In this document: positions 13,420-26,659 of the stretch, piece after piece
Numbering within the stretch: the stretch's first letter is position 1
Layout of the letters: each line of letters opens with the position of its first letter
Notes under the pieces: generated by a model
Databases searched by the model: none
Told to the model about the DNA's origin: nothing
The model's input: only the letters and a program-made list of their open reading frames with translations
Program-made: the position numbers and the translations under genes
Assembly: GCF_006345805.1 (NCBI RefSeq)
Contig: NC_043004.1
Location: 77,314,001 to 77,378,000, forward strand
DNA: 64,000 bases
Direction: 5' to 3'
From: Octopus sinensis
Lineage: Eukaryota

Positions 13420-14235
13420 TGGGTAATGAAAGTGTCGGTATCTTGTGAATGGAACACCTTAGATTACCAACTGATGAATTATGAGATGAAATCCTGCTTC
13501 CAACATGATATTGAGTACAGGTATAAGAAAATTAATAATCTTGGCAAGGAGTTAAACAAAACGGGAGGTTCACGGTCTAGAATAAGGGAAGTTGTTTAGT
13601 TTGCTCCCCTTTCTCCCTTAGAGTAAGGAACTTACCAAAAATGCATTTTAGAATTCTGAAGGAGAACTTCCCAAGGAATCATAAATACTATAGTATTTGC
13701 AACAAGTCAACGATCAAGTTCTCTTACTCTGTAATGCGTGACTTTGCTTCGATTATTGCATCAATCAATAGAAACAAGCTTGCTGGGTGGGATAGTTGGA
13801 AAAGTTCTTTTGAGGATGACCAAGTACCTGCGAATAATAATTCTGTAACGCCTAATGTCAATGGTACAAACAGTCTGCCTTCACCGGGTCTATCGAACCC
13901 AAGTAATAAGGGAAGATTTGATGGAATCAAAGAGGGAAACCTGTCTAGAATTGATGATACAAAATGTAAAGGTAACAATAGAAATAAAACTAGGAAAGGC
14001 CCCGGGAAGAAATGTAATTGTAGAAACCCCGAATTATGTCCCTTAGATGGTTCCTGTCTAGCTACTAACGTCATATGTAAATGTGCAGTCAAGGACGACG
14101 ATAAATTAAATAAATCTTATATAGGTAGCACGGTAGATTTTAAGGCTAGATATAGATCACATGATAAATATTGTAATTCAATAACACTTACATCCCATAT
14201 ACATAATTTGAAGAAGAATAATAAGAAGTATTATC
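13420..14235 (+). mobile_element. Penelope-like element fragment, Naiad-type (RT thumb, Cys linker, GIY-YIG)
   Basis: VV*FAPPFS...HFRILKENFPRNHKYYSICNKSTIKFSYS; CNCRNPELCPLDGSC (CxCx5Cx5C); VICK...SYIGSTVDFKARYRSH. Confidence 0.85.
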
Positions 14236-14257
14236 ATATATATATATAAATATATAT

Positions 14258-14620
14258 ATAGTCACCGCTTCTCTCAATAGCAATGTTCCACCTTCGAATG
14301 AGAGCATGTATCCCTGCCCTGTAAAATTCTGTTGACTGTTCTTTGAGCCACTTCTTCACTACAGTTTTCATTTCCTCGTCACTGGAATAATGTTTGCCTC
14401 TCAAACCTTCTTTCGTGGCGCCGAAGAGATGATAGTCTGAAGGCGCTAAATCTGGTTAGTGTGGAGGTAGTGAAGAAGTGGCTCAAAGAACAGTCAACAG
14501 AATTTTACAGGGCAGGGATACATGTTCCCATTTGAAGGTGGAACGTTGCTATTGAGAGAAATAGTGACTATGTTGAGGAGTAGGGATGTGATCCACAGAG
14601 GACCAGCTTCGTTTTGAAGT
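14258..14620. mobile_element. Mariner transposase C-terminal relic rearranged into a hairpin
   Basis: Minus strand PDLAPSDYHLFGATKEGLRGKHYSSDEEMKTVVKKWLKEQSTEFY; 14258-14362 is inverted at 14467-14571. Confidence 0.85.
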
Positions 14621-14722
14621 TGAAACCTAAGCTCAGTTTCCAGTTCCACTCCACTCACTATAACATATTGGTTTTCTTATTTTTTACGTTATATGAGAGT
14701 GTATAAGACACAGTGTGTGTGT

Positions 14723-14761
<39 letters not shown>

Positions 14762-14762
<1 letters not shown>

Positions 14763-14905
14763 GGCGCAGAAGTGGCTGTGTGGTAAGAAGCTTGCTTCCC
14801 AACCACGTGGTTCCAGGTTCAGTCCCACTGCATGGCACCTTTGGCAAGTGTCTTCTACTATAGCCTCGGGCCGTGAGTGGATTTGGTAGACGGAAATTGA
14901 AAGAG
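14762..14905 (+). mobile_element. tRNA-derived SINE, family B (head GTGGCTGTGTGGTAAG), 5' part
   Basis: GGTTCCAGGTTCAGTCCC B-box; GGCAAGTGTCTTCTACTATAGCCTCGGG body. Confidence 0.9.
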
Positions 14906-15741
14906 ACAGTAAAAGTACTATATTGGATGTTAAACTTGATGTTTTAAAAAGGTCTAATGTGAGAGATAATGTTAATGCTTCAAACGTTTACAAATGGGAA
15001 TAATACATGTTCTCCGTTAACTACTCGGACCTTATTTTTTCATAAATCCAATGTAATGTTTAATATGACGACTCTTGGGTATAAGAATGGAAGATCAGAC
15101 TCGACATAATGTGACGATAAACACATTGGTAATTAAAGAAAACAATCAAAAGTTTGTATGACGATTTGCAGAAAAAGAAGCGGGTAACTTGTAATGAAAA
15201 ACCTTTTCTGGCTAGTAAAGGCTGGTTTGGAAGATTTAAATGGCGAATGAATTTGCATAATAGAATGACGAGGCTGCTCTTAATAATACTGAATAGCTGA
15301 AAGAAAAAAATATCGCTAAAAGGGCTTACACACCCGAGCAAATGCACAATGCTGATAAAATTACACTTTGCCGGAATATCATACCTCCTAATGCTTTATT
15401 TCTCAAAAAGAAAAATCAACAGGATTTAAAGTTTCCAAAAATGATGCATCTTCTTGGAGAAAATACCGCTGATAAAACAGAATTAAAACCTTTTGCTTGT
15501 GTATCACTCTGAGAGTTTACGCAATATACTTCCGATTTGGCATTCAAATAAAAAGGTTTAAGAGTGGTTTACAAACAATTTTTTGTCCTGCAGTTGAAAA
15601 GTACAATACCGGAGATGTTATTTGCAACAATGTATCGCTCCTTTTTGGCTTTGCAACAAACCACCCAGTTAACTTAAATGAGTTTTCTGGTAAAGTGAGA
15701 GTGAAATATATTCCCAAGAATACAACTTCTTTGCTCTAGCC

Positions 15742-15924
15742 CAGTGGTTCCCAACCTTTTCACAGCGGTTCCCAACAGTATTTCCCAACCATTTTATTTA
15801 AATGAGTTTTCCCACAGACCCCTTTTCATATGCTTATCCTTATGTGTGTGTGTATATATGAAATTTTGAATTTAGTTTACGGACACCCAATACTACCTTT
15901 GTGGACCCCAGGTTGGAACCACTG
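15742..15924. mobile_element. hAT (Charlie-like) MITE
   Basis: TIRs CAGTGGTTCCCAACC / GGTTGGAACCACTG; 8-bp TSD CTCTAGCC / CTTTAGCC; splits the Tigger LL*PMD motif. Confidence 0.9.
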
Positions 15925-16319
15925 CTTTAGCCAATGGATCGACGTGTGATGGCATATTATGTAAGTATAACTTTCAAACAACTAATGACAGCAATTGACA
16001 GGAAGGATAAATTAGAGTTAGAGACTTCTGAGTCATGAGATGAAGTGAAGTTCGTAGCTTTGAATGGTGCTTACAGAAGTGTATGATCAGTCTGTATCTG
16101 TGACTTTCCAAGTTTTCCACAAGCAAAACAAAATCTACAACATATTCGAGAAGATAATGATTACGGTTTGAAGAAATCATACAGGATGACGTGGTTGATG
16201 GAGAAAGTTTAATGGGAAGTTGATGCTGTCAAACTGTTATAACTGACTGTAAAGATTCTAAAGGATTAGCAATTATGAAGGAAGCTCAGTACGTTTTTGC
16301 TGATAGCAACTCTAATCAT

Positions 16320-16735
16320 AAGCATTTGCCTTATGACGAAAGGCTGAAGAAGCTCGACCTTTATTCTCTAGAAAAACGACGACGCTGTGGTGATCTCATT
16401 CTTGCTCACAACATCATAAGCGGAAAGTGTAACATCCCAAAAGAGCTGTTCTTCACTCCTGCTCCAGAGCGTCGGCTGCGGGGTCACTCCGAAAAGCTCT
16501 ATCTGCGACGATTTCATCTCAATCGAAGGAGAGGGGCTTTCTCTGTCCGGGTTGCTGATCCGTGGAATAAGCTGCCGGACGAGATAGTGAAGATGCCGAC
16601 GACCGCTCGGTTCAAAGACTCTCTTGACCAGAAATGGCCTGAACTCTTTGCATGAACACCCTCCCTGTACATAACTCCATGTCCCCCTACATGGTCTTGC
16701 TTCTTGCTTTTTGAGCCAAAAAATTAACTTAACTA
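16320..16735 (+). mobile_element. CR1-clade LINE, 5'-truncated 3' end
   Basis: LPYDERLKKLDLYSLEKRRRCGDLI...LRGHSEKL...FSVRVADPWNKLPDEIV...FKDSLD; short 3'UTR ending in TTAACTTAACT. Confidence 0.9.
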
Positions 16736-17351
16736 TAAACGTAGCATAAAAATTACAGTTCCTTCGCTAAGCTGTATAAAGAGATGATGCTCAATAAACA
16801 CCAAACAATTCACCCTTGAAGTGGATGTTAATGATGATAAACTATAACATAGAAGATATCCTCCCTGATGCTTTTTCTCCGTTGCCACCAAACCTCACAC
16901 AACTGTTTGAAGAATGGTAGTGTATGTGTATGTAAATATATATATAAGTAGGATATAATGCCTGGAGATATTTAATCCGACTCTCTAATCTTATCAAGGT
17001 CAACTGCGTCTTTCATTCTTTCATGATTGATAAATAAAGGAGCAATCTTGGGCTGGGTGTTGGTGGAATTGTTAGAGAGTTAATTTTTAGGGTTTTGCAG
17101 TATCTAATACGGCTCTCTGTTTTCTGTCGGCTACACAAATACAATATCGCTCGCATCAAGGGAGTACACTTGCATGCAGTAACTATCGGTCTTCTACCAA
17201 GTTATATTACCTGCGTCTGTTCTTTTATAAGGAACTTTCCAGGTGCAGACCACACTCAGACTGCTTCTAAGGATGATATTGATCAGTGTGTATATGTGTG
17301 TGTGAGTATGTATACACACACACACACATTATATATATATATATATATATA

Positions 17352-17454
17352 CTTTATTTAAAAGCAGCAGAAATATAACAAAAGCTGTTACTCGGAGTTT
17401 CACGCACCCGTTCGTCGGACAGTTTTGTTATATTTCTGCTGCTTTTAAATAAAG
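17352..17454 (-). ncRNA. Type I hammerhead motif with CCGACGA core and a 32-bp perfect stem I extension
   Basis: Minus strand CTGT-CCGACGA-ACG GGTG CGT-GAAAC-TCCGA-GTA-ACAG; arms 17352-17383 and 17423-17454 are perfectly complementary. Confidence 0.7.
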
Positions 17455-17925
17455 CATAATACTCTACCTCTGGCATTTGAGTACTCTTTTTTCCACCTTG
17501 TTTCACATTTATGTGCTTACTCCGGTATATATGTATATATACAAACACATGCATATGTGTCTATATAGGAAAAATAGATACAGAGAAAACGATGTGGACT
17601 CTGAACAGTGTGAAATGCGATGAAGCATTTAACTGAGTTGAAAAAACATTTATTCAAAACTGAATTTCGTTGCCGTTCATCAGGCAACTGAATGCAGACA
17701 TCTGCTTTAAATTTACTTCAAATAAAACAAAATCAAAAGCAATAACTGTTTATTATGGAAGACTTCAAGCATCCCCGACAGAAAAGTTATGAAAAAGCCA
17801 CGAACACCCTGAGTATGACAGATTGCCTACATAGGGTAAGAGACTTATACTTGTTCATAAATTGCTAAGTGCGTGCGCGCGCGCACACACACACATGCAT
17901 ATACACACACACAATCATACATACA

Positions 17926-17958
<33 letters not shown>

Positions 17959-17964
17959 CTTTTA

Positions 17965-18175
17965 TCTTTTATCTTTTACATGTTTCAGACAGCGGCCACG
18001 CTGGAGTACTGCCTTGAAGGATATTGGTCGAACAAATCGAGATCAGGACTTTTTTCTTAACCTAGTTCTTATTCTGTCGGTCTGTTTTGCCGAACTGCTA
18101 AGTTACGGAGACGTAAACATGCCAGCACCAGTTATCAAGCTGTGATGGGAGAAAAACACAGATACAGACACACGC
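17965..18175 (-). mobile_element. SINE family B, 3' half
   Basis: TTTTGCCGAACTGCTAAGTTACGG motif shared with 35470-35835. Confidence 0.8.
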
Positions 18176-18187
18176 AAATAGATAGAC

Positions 18188-18280
<93 letters not shown>

Positions 18281-18758
18281 TACATACATGCATACACATA
18301 TATATACATACATACATACATACATACATACATACATACATACATAACATACATACATACTTTTTAACTCAAAATCATATACCGCAATGGATGCCATCCA
18401 ATTCTAAGAAAAAAATCTTATGCGAGAACTTTTCTTACAATTATTTTGAGTTACAAATCCAAATGTGTGTGTGCAACGAAGATCAATGTCCGTCTCGAGA
18501 AATGCATGAATATTTTTCCGTTTTTTATAGCAGTAAAGACACTGAAGGAGACATTGTCATCGTAACAGGCCCGTAGAATGTCCATTATTTCATACATTTG
18601 CGAGTATCTTGGCTGTGTTTTTGCAATATTTTTGGGAAATATTTCATACCTTTTCAATTCTTTACTTTATTCTTATTATTAAAAAAAAAAGCAATAAAAT
18701 TAATCATTATCACTGTTATAATTATTCTACTGAAGGTCTTGTGCCTATAATAGAAAGG

Positions 18759-18789
<31 letters not shown>

Positions 18790-18807
18790 TTTATTATTAT
18801 TATTATT

Positions 18808-18838
<31 letters not shown>

Positions 18839-18839
18839 A

Positions 18840-18923
<84 letters not shown>

Positions 18924-18939
18924 CATTATTGTTATTGAA

Positions 18940-19156
18940 GACGGCGAACTGGCTGAATCGTTAGCACGCTGGTTCGAAATGCTTAGCGAGATTTCGCTCG
19001 TCACTACGTTCTGAGTTCAAATTCCACCCGAGGTTGACTTTGCCTTTCATCCTTTCGGGGTCGATAAATTAAGTAGCAGTTGAGTACTAGAGTCGATGTA
19101 ATCGACTATGCCCCTCCCCAAAATTTCAGGCCTTGTACCCATAATAGAAAGGATTA

Positions 19157-19160
<4 letters not shown>
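18940..19160 (+). mobile_element. SINE family A
   Basis: GGCGAACTGGCTGAATCGTTAGC...GAGTTCAAATTCC; (ATT)n tail. Confidence 0.9.
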
Positions 19161-19208
<48 letters not shown>

Positions 19209-19965
19209 CGATTTGCCTTTCATCCCTCGAGAGATCGATAACATCAGTCACATACTGGGGCCAATAGTAAGGAGTAGCCTTACCCCATCAAATCTACGGG
19301 GCTTGTGAGTAAATCAGAGGGTTTTTTTTTTAATTTTGCGTCCAGCAATCCTCGTCATTTTGAATTTGATCATTAAAGTCAGGGGGAGTTGCTCAGTAAT
19401 GTTGACCACGCTCCCCCCCCCCACCTTTTTTTAATGTTTATAATAAAGAAACAAAAATGGAAGTGAATAGTTCTTGCTTAGCACCAAAAGAGGTCTGAAA
19501 TTAAAAAAAGAGGGCGAACAGTTGATTGGGAAAAAAAAAACCAACTCACTGGCAACACACAAATTGCTGTGTGATTATAGCGACTGCATCTTTTGTCTAT
19601 TTATCTTGTCTTCCTTGAAGATAAAGAATAAAACAAACGGAAACCTTTTAACGCCATATTTATTTTATAACCACTGATTCCCTTCTGTCAAGATGGCAGC
19701 CAACTGCACATCCACTTTTCTTACTCAAACTTATTCTTCACACGCATCTTCTTCTGGTTTTCTCTTTCTTTCTCAATGCACTCTCCCTCTCTCCATCTCC
19801 GTCTCCGTCTCACTCTCTTCTCCCTCTCATTCTCTCTCTCTCTCCTTCTGTCTCCTCTCACTCTCATTCTCTCTCTTCTCCCTCTCCTTCTCCCTCTCCT
19901 TCTCTCTCTCTCTTCTTCCTCTCCTTCTCCCTTTCCTTCTCCCTCTCCTTCTCTCTCTCTCTCTA

Positions 19966-20000
<35 letters not shown>

Positions 20001-22994
20001 AAACACACAAATACTCTGCCTAGTTTTGTCACTTGAAGCATTATACATAAGAAAAGACGATATGATAAAAACGAATGTTTCATTATATAATTCTATCAAT
20101 GACTGGTTATTTCCGTCATCTAGTGATGAAATAGATAAGAAATTTAAAAACACAAAAACCTAAACTTTGATCTTCTATGGTTTCTTAATTGTTGGAATAA
20201 TAAGCAAGGAAGAGTGATGGACTAGCTAAAAACTGTAGGGCGGAAGGTAAAATGCCAAACTGTATTTAATAACGTTCGCGTACGTCCCATTGCCATTGAT
20301 GTCGGCCTTGTTTTTGATATTTCATCCTTTCAGTGTCGATAACATAACTTCCAGTCAAGAACTGGAGTTATTGTCTTGTGTCTATATTAAAAATCAATGT
20401 TTGGAGAACGGAACAAGAGAAGGGTGGCAGGAGAAATGGTAGAATAGCGGAAGAAATACCACCAGGACTTACTTTGCAGTCGTCATGGCTATAGGGTTTC
20501 CTTAATGCTGTGACATGTGCTAAAGTTATAAATATAGAGTGTCGGGTTGTGACTTGACTAAAATTGCAATGAATTTTCACATAAGATCTTATAATATTCG
20601 TAAAATAAATACCAACCATAAGAGAGGGATAACACAATTAACAATATACACTTCCTTGCAAATGTGAATCTAAAATGATATATGTGAACATGTCTAAAGG
20701 CTATAAAGTATCAGAAGACAAATAGTATCACAACAATATGATAGTAAGTCTATCAAGTATAAATACACATTACTTGATATCATATACGCATTTTCAAGTG
20801 CATAGCTTGATATCAAAAACTTCACTTAGACATCAATATTTTAACCACACATTTCTAAAACCAAATATTAAGTTTGCTAATTTGAACCAAGTTCCCGATT
20901 TGATTTTGATTTCCGGTTTAATTCAGTTTACTTCACCTACATTCCGCTAACTTAAATATCTCTGGTCTATATAATCTCATGAATTATCCCTTGTATTGTT
21001 GTTATATACTCCCAGAAGAACATTATTTTATAATATTCCTTGTAAATTTTATATCAGCCATGACAATAAAATAATTGTATGTGAAAATTTATAATCACTA
21101 CAAAATGGGATCATTCTACAAATAGCATCACCACAAAATGATATCAAACGTGAACAAGGCTTAGCAGGTATAAATAAATTTAAAAAACGTCATATAGACA
21201 TAACAGTTGCTGATATTATATGTTGATACGTTTCTTGATATCAAACCCCTCACTTGAACTATTCACGCTAAAGACTTAGTTAATATGCTGCAAATGTTAA
21301 GTATCAAGCCAAATATATCAAGTATCAACCCTCTTCTGATATTTGGGGTTGGGGGAAAATGTTCAGAATTTAATATCTTCAAATTGAAAGATAATTCAGC
21401 AGGCAGTGGAGCAAATCAATTCCATTCTTTAGCATTTACTAAAACAAGTACTCTATTAATATATAGAGATATTACTTGCACCCGTCCCTCGTACAGCTTT
21501 AAAACAACGCAAGAATGGAGTTATAAACTGTTCCTGTTGACAGGAACCACTCGTCACAAGAAACATTTTCTTTTTAAGAAGAAATACTTGATTTAATCCG
21601 CTCTTGTATCTTATAGATAATTATTTTATTGGTGCTCATGAGAAGACAGTTCTACCCAAAGTCTAACTGATATCAACAAAATGAGACACGAAGCATTGAG
21701 TATTTTATCCTTTTCTCAGTTTAAAAGCAAACATAATTATTTTATCAAGCCCCAAAACACAAATCATTCCTGGCAGAATTCAAACTCAAAATTTGTACAT
21801 ATTGATGCAAATAGATTATCGGAAGACACTTTAGTCCAGCGTTGTACCAATTCTTCCAGACTCCTGCTATTCTTAGAAACAAGGCGAAAAAACTGAGCAA
21901 TAAACCAAATTAAAATATTTGATGTTGTTGTTTCCTTCGAAGGCATTTCACTTGTGACCAACCCATTGATTTGTAGGGGTTTTCAAGATTACTTTATCCA
22001 AATCTGTACCTTTCTGTTTTTTTAATATAATAGGGTGTGATCTGATGAAAATTTGCCTGCTTTTCCCAAAAGGTTCAGTAATATCATGTAGCTACAACCT
22101 GGTCGGTTGGGAACGAACTGTTTCCTCAGTTATTTTAATTTAAATTTCGGTGAATAAAATGACAAACTAAATCTGTAGGAACAACATATTCGTATTTGGT
22201 TTACAAGTCGGAAGTTCGTTCATTTACCACCATTGTTTCCTAGTAAGAAATACAAAGCAACTGTAGTGCGAATGTTTCCCCTGGAAACTATAACGAAATA
22301 CAGAACTAAAGATAAAATATATTCATTTATTAAGAGAATGAAAACTGATATTTCGTTATATACACAAGCACCAATCACTAACATCTTCATAAGAACCTTG
22401 AATTTAGAAAAACAAAACATCTGTCAGCAAAAGTTTCTTGCATAATAAAAATCCGAAGGCAAAAATAGTTATATAACCAAATAGCCAACTTAATGCAAAC
22501 TTTTAAGGTATCTACATTCAATGGACTAAAAAGATATACCAGTCTATAGCCAAGTCATTAACAGCCGGTTAATTTTTGGACAGATTCTTCGAGAAAGTCA
22601 TTTCAATACAAAAACAATAATATTCCACTTTAAAGTACATGCAGAGTAAGGATTGTGGATGTATCTACAGTTATTTAACTGGTGTTATACCTGAATCATA
22701 TAAATAATTATAAATACGCATAAATTTTAATGAAAGGCATATTTAGATATTTATACATGTACAAATCCCTATGTATGCTTGTGTACAATGTTGTACTGCA
22801 CGTGCCATATATATATGGCCGACATTATACAAAAATACAAACGTAACTTTAATGCATACAAACATGAAGGCAAATATGAGCGTACATGTCGCGACACCGG
22901 TTTTGAGGACTGAATGATTTACAAATCAATAAGGATTAATCTAAATTCCTTAATTATGTACATAAAAACTATGACTTAACTATCCTGTCACACC

Positions 22995-23046
22995 GTCTCC
23001 GATGAAGGGATATAATTAATAAATATCCTAGAAACAGCTGTAAGAC
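22995..23046 (+). ncRNA. Type I hammerhead motif, CCGATGA core, palindromic stem III
   Basis: GTCT-CCGATGA-A GGGATA..TATCCT A-GAAAC-AGCT-GTA-AGAC. Confidence 0.7.
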
Positions 23047-23132
23047 CTTCTATCTATAAATGCTCTAATATCTATACAGGCTTGGTTTTTTATCTTATTA
23101 CGCAAAAAATTCTTATATATACATATATATAG

Positions 23133-23179
<47 letters not shown>

Positions 23180-23234
23180 GAGATAGAGAGATAGATATAG
23201 ATATAGATATATATATATATATATATATATAGAC

Positions 23235-23360
<126 letters not shown>

Positions 23361-23398
23361 GCACACACACACACACACACATACACACACATAAGCGA

Positions 23399-23432
<34 letters not shown>

Positions 23433-24038
23433 TAAGTAAAAGTTTAAGTTTTTTTTTAAACTTCAATAAAACACTAAGAAGAAGGTCGCTCTTCATATAT
23501 CCATACTGCAATATTCGCACGTTAGCTCCGCAGATGAATCATCCGATTCTGATTGTGTATAAAGTTTTCATCAGTAGCCGGCCTCTCATACACACATCCC
23601 AAAACGGCCGAAACACTCGTAAGTCTACTCTGTGTGTGTGTGTATGTATGTATGTATGTATGTATGTGTGTAAATTAATGAGTAGTTTATTGTATGCCGC
23701 ACGCAATAAATTTCTATTTATTGAAATTTCTATCCGAGTTGGAAGCAGAAAACAAAACCTAACAACCATTATTAGCTATTCTCAATGTTAAGGGGAAATA
23801 ATCTCAAATAATTACGAATAAATTTTTCAAGAGTAATCTCTCGAGTCTAACGAGATGAGAATCTGATTTTTGCACGCAATAATCATACGTTTCGGTCTAT
23901 TTTGCCTCGTCACCAGTAAACAGTCGGACCTAGCCTGCAAGGAAGTTGATACGGAAAATGGCCAGTTTCGGCTAGGCCGACATGCAGAAGTCGAAAATAA
24001 CATTCAACAACGTCTTGGCAACAGCTGAATGGCAACCA

Positions 24039-24139
<101 letters not shown>

Positions 24140-24167
24140 TACACACACACGCACACACACACATATA

Positions 24168-25393
24168 CACAGACACGACAGAGATAAGTAGATACCCCAT
24201 TGTTTTATGTTCATTCTAACTTGTAAAGATTTATATCTTTTACTAATCGACATTTATATGTTTCAGGTTCTATATGTCGCTGTTTAATCATGCCATGTAC
24301 AAAAGAAGCCTTGGAACTGTCTGAATTTCAAAGAGGCCGTATTGTGGGTCATTCTGAAGGTGGACATAGACAGCGTAAAATTGCAGAAGAACTTGGGATA
24401 TCGCTTTCTACAGTTAATAGTGATTGTGCAATTCACCAGAGAGGGGAAGGAGTTCACATCACCTCTCCTAGATAAACCAGAGACCCTTCTATTTGTTAAG
24501 AGAAGTGTGGAGGATAATCCTCGTTGCAAGGCCTCTCACACAGCAGAACAAGTTGATGTCAGTCTCGGAACAACTGTCAGGTATCTCCACAAACTTGGTT
24601 GCTGTGGCAGAGCAGCAAAAAGGAAGCCGCTTCTTCGACCATCCGACATCAAGCAGAGAAAAGATTGGACCAGTGAGATAGTGGAGAAGCCACTACCATT
24701 TTGGGACACTGTCATATTCTCTGACTAGTTCAGATTTGCAGTATTTCCTAACAGTTATCGAGTGTGGGCCTTGAGACTCTGTGATCAAGAATTTGATGTG
24801 AAAAGATTGCAGCCAACAATGAAACACGGCAGCTATTCTGTAATGGTCTAGGGAACAATTTGGGGCAAAGATTGATCAGAGTTGGTGGAGTGGGAGGGAA
24901 GCATAAACACGGATAGATATGTGTCCATATTGCAGAAAGTTCTCCTTCCAATCTTCTCCAGTGGTGTAATGATTAAAGAAGGCTCTTTATTTATGGTAGC
25001 TGGGGCTCCTTGTCACATAGCTAAAATAACCCAAGATTTGTTGGATGAGAATAGCCTTAAAAAGCTTCCGTGGCCAAGTCAGTCACCAGATATGAATCCT
25101 ACTGAACACCTCTGGGGCATAATAGACACGGTACTTCATAAAAAGAACAAGAAAGCATCTTCAAAGCCAGATCTTTTGAGATTTCTGCATGAAACTTGGC
25201 AAGAAATTCCGCAAGAGAATATTCGTCATCTGATGCCTAATATGGTCTTTGCATTGAAAAATGCAAAGGTCATGTATGCTAAATATTAAATATTCACATT
25301 ATAACAATTAATAAGTAATTTGAATGTATAATTTCAGATTCAAATAAATTTTAATGATTATAAAGGTGTCTATTTACTTCTGTCATGTCTGTG
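24168..25393 (+). mobile_element. Full-length but decayed Tc1-like transposon (DD34E), TA-flanked
   Basis: TIRs CACAGACACGACAGAGATAAGTAGATACC / GGTGTCTATTTACTTCTGTCATGTCTGTG with TA on both sides; transposase pseudogene 24290-25289 (ELSEFQRGRIVG, RAAKRKPLL, VIFSD, WPSQSPDMNPTEHLW). Confidence 0.92.
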
Positions 25394-26546
25394 TAAATAT
25401 ATAAAATAACACTTAACTCAGTTCCATGCAGCCTAAATTTTCGAACCTAGCTCGTCAATCATTTATATAGGGAGTAACAGTAAGATGCCTGGCGAGTTAG
25501 GTTCCCTCTGGGAGCCAACGAAACTTTAAGTGACGTGGAACTGAGTCACATTGTTATTAAATAACATATGTAGCTCCAACCAAATGCGTAGAGTTACACT
25601 TTCTTTCGCCTGGCTACTCAATCGTACATACGCATGTGTGTGTGCATACAAGACAATTAAAATAAAGATGGAGAGTAGTACGTCTACACAGTTTTTATCA
25701 TTACAGTCATTTATACAATATATTCGCTTGAAACTCTGTCCGACATATGTTTCTGATGTATAGATATCTTGCTATGGGGTGTCCATTTGCATCCTGTTGG
25801 TTCAGCGACATCTAGATTTCATCCTGGTTAAAAACGTATCCCGTAGCTTTATTCAGGGTGTCGCTACTATTAAAGTTTGAAGCGAACTGGAGTGTAATGG
25901 TTTTGGCGGTCCTATACTTTTGGCTGAAGACAATCTGTGTTGAGTGCAAAAAATATGGGCGATAGTGGGGAGCAATATGATATGGCTATAAAATCCGATA
26001 TCAGATCGACCCTATGATGATAGGATGACCCTAAGGTTTAGATGCAGAATCATAAGCCCCAGTACCAAAGTAGGTCAAAATACATTGCATCCAGCAAAAT
26101 GGATAGAAATAAGGTATAAATTTCTATCTTCATTTTAAGTCTTAGATATGCACTCACTAAACTGTTTATAATCCAATGAAACGAACTCAGGATTTATCCA
26201 TTGGATAGAAATTTTTGAGATTGTTTACCTTAGATATCACTCAATGCAGTTAACCAGACCCTGGATTATACGACAGTGGTTGAACGATACCTGCTGGATC
26301 TATTATTCACATCCATTCACTATACATATATATATTATATATAATATATCTATATATATATATATATACTCTTTTTACTATACATATATATATACATATA
26401 TTACATATAACATATATATATATATGTATATATATATATCAACATACATACATACATACATACCTACATACATACATACATACGTAGTCAGTCAGACAGA
26501 CAGACAGATGGATGGATGGATGGATGGATGGATGGTTGGATGGATG

Positions 26547-26649
<103 letters not shown>

Positions 26650-26659
26650 GACACAGGAA

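Larger units (their letters stand above)
14905..16850 (+). mobile_element. Tigger/pogo-like DNA transposon relic, host to two nested insertions
   Basis: STILDVKLDV, EDQTRHNVTIN, FLASKGWFGRFKWRMNLHN, YTPEQMHNADK, VKYIPKNTTSLL*PMD, GLAIMKEAQYVFAD; many stops and frameshifts. Confidence 0.75.

Noticed and set aside
13468-13500. CTGATGA...GAAA within the Naiad fragment
   Set aside because: No stems; lies in coding-derived sequence
17656-17690. Minus-strand CTGATGA-ACGGCAAC-GAAAT motif
   Set aside because: Stems I and II do not close and the core is sequestered in a GTTGCC/GGCAAC hairpin; at best a decayed copy
25700-25960. Possible Penelope relic on the minus strand (QMDTP, YVGQSFKR)
   Set aside because: Motifs are too short and too close together to support a call
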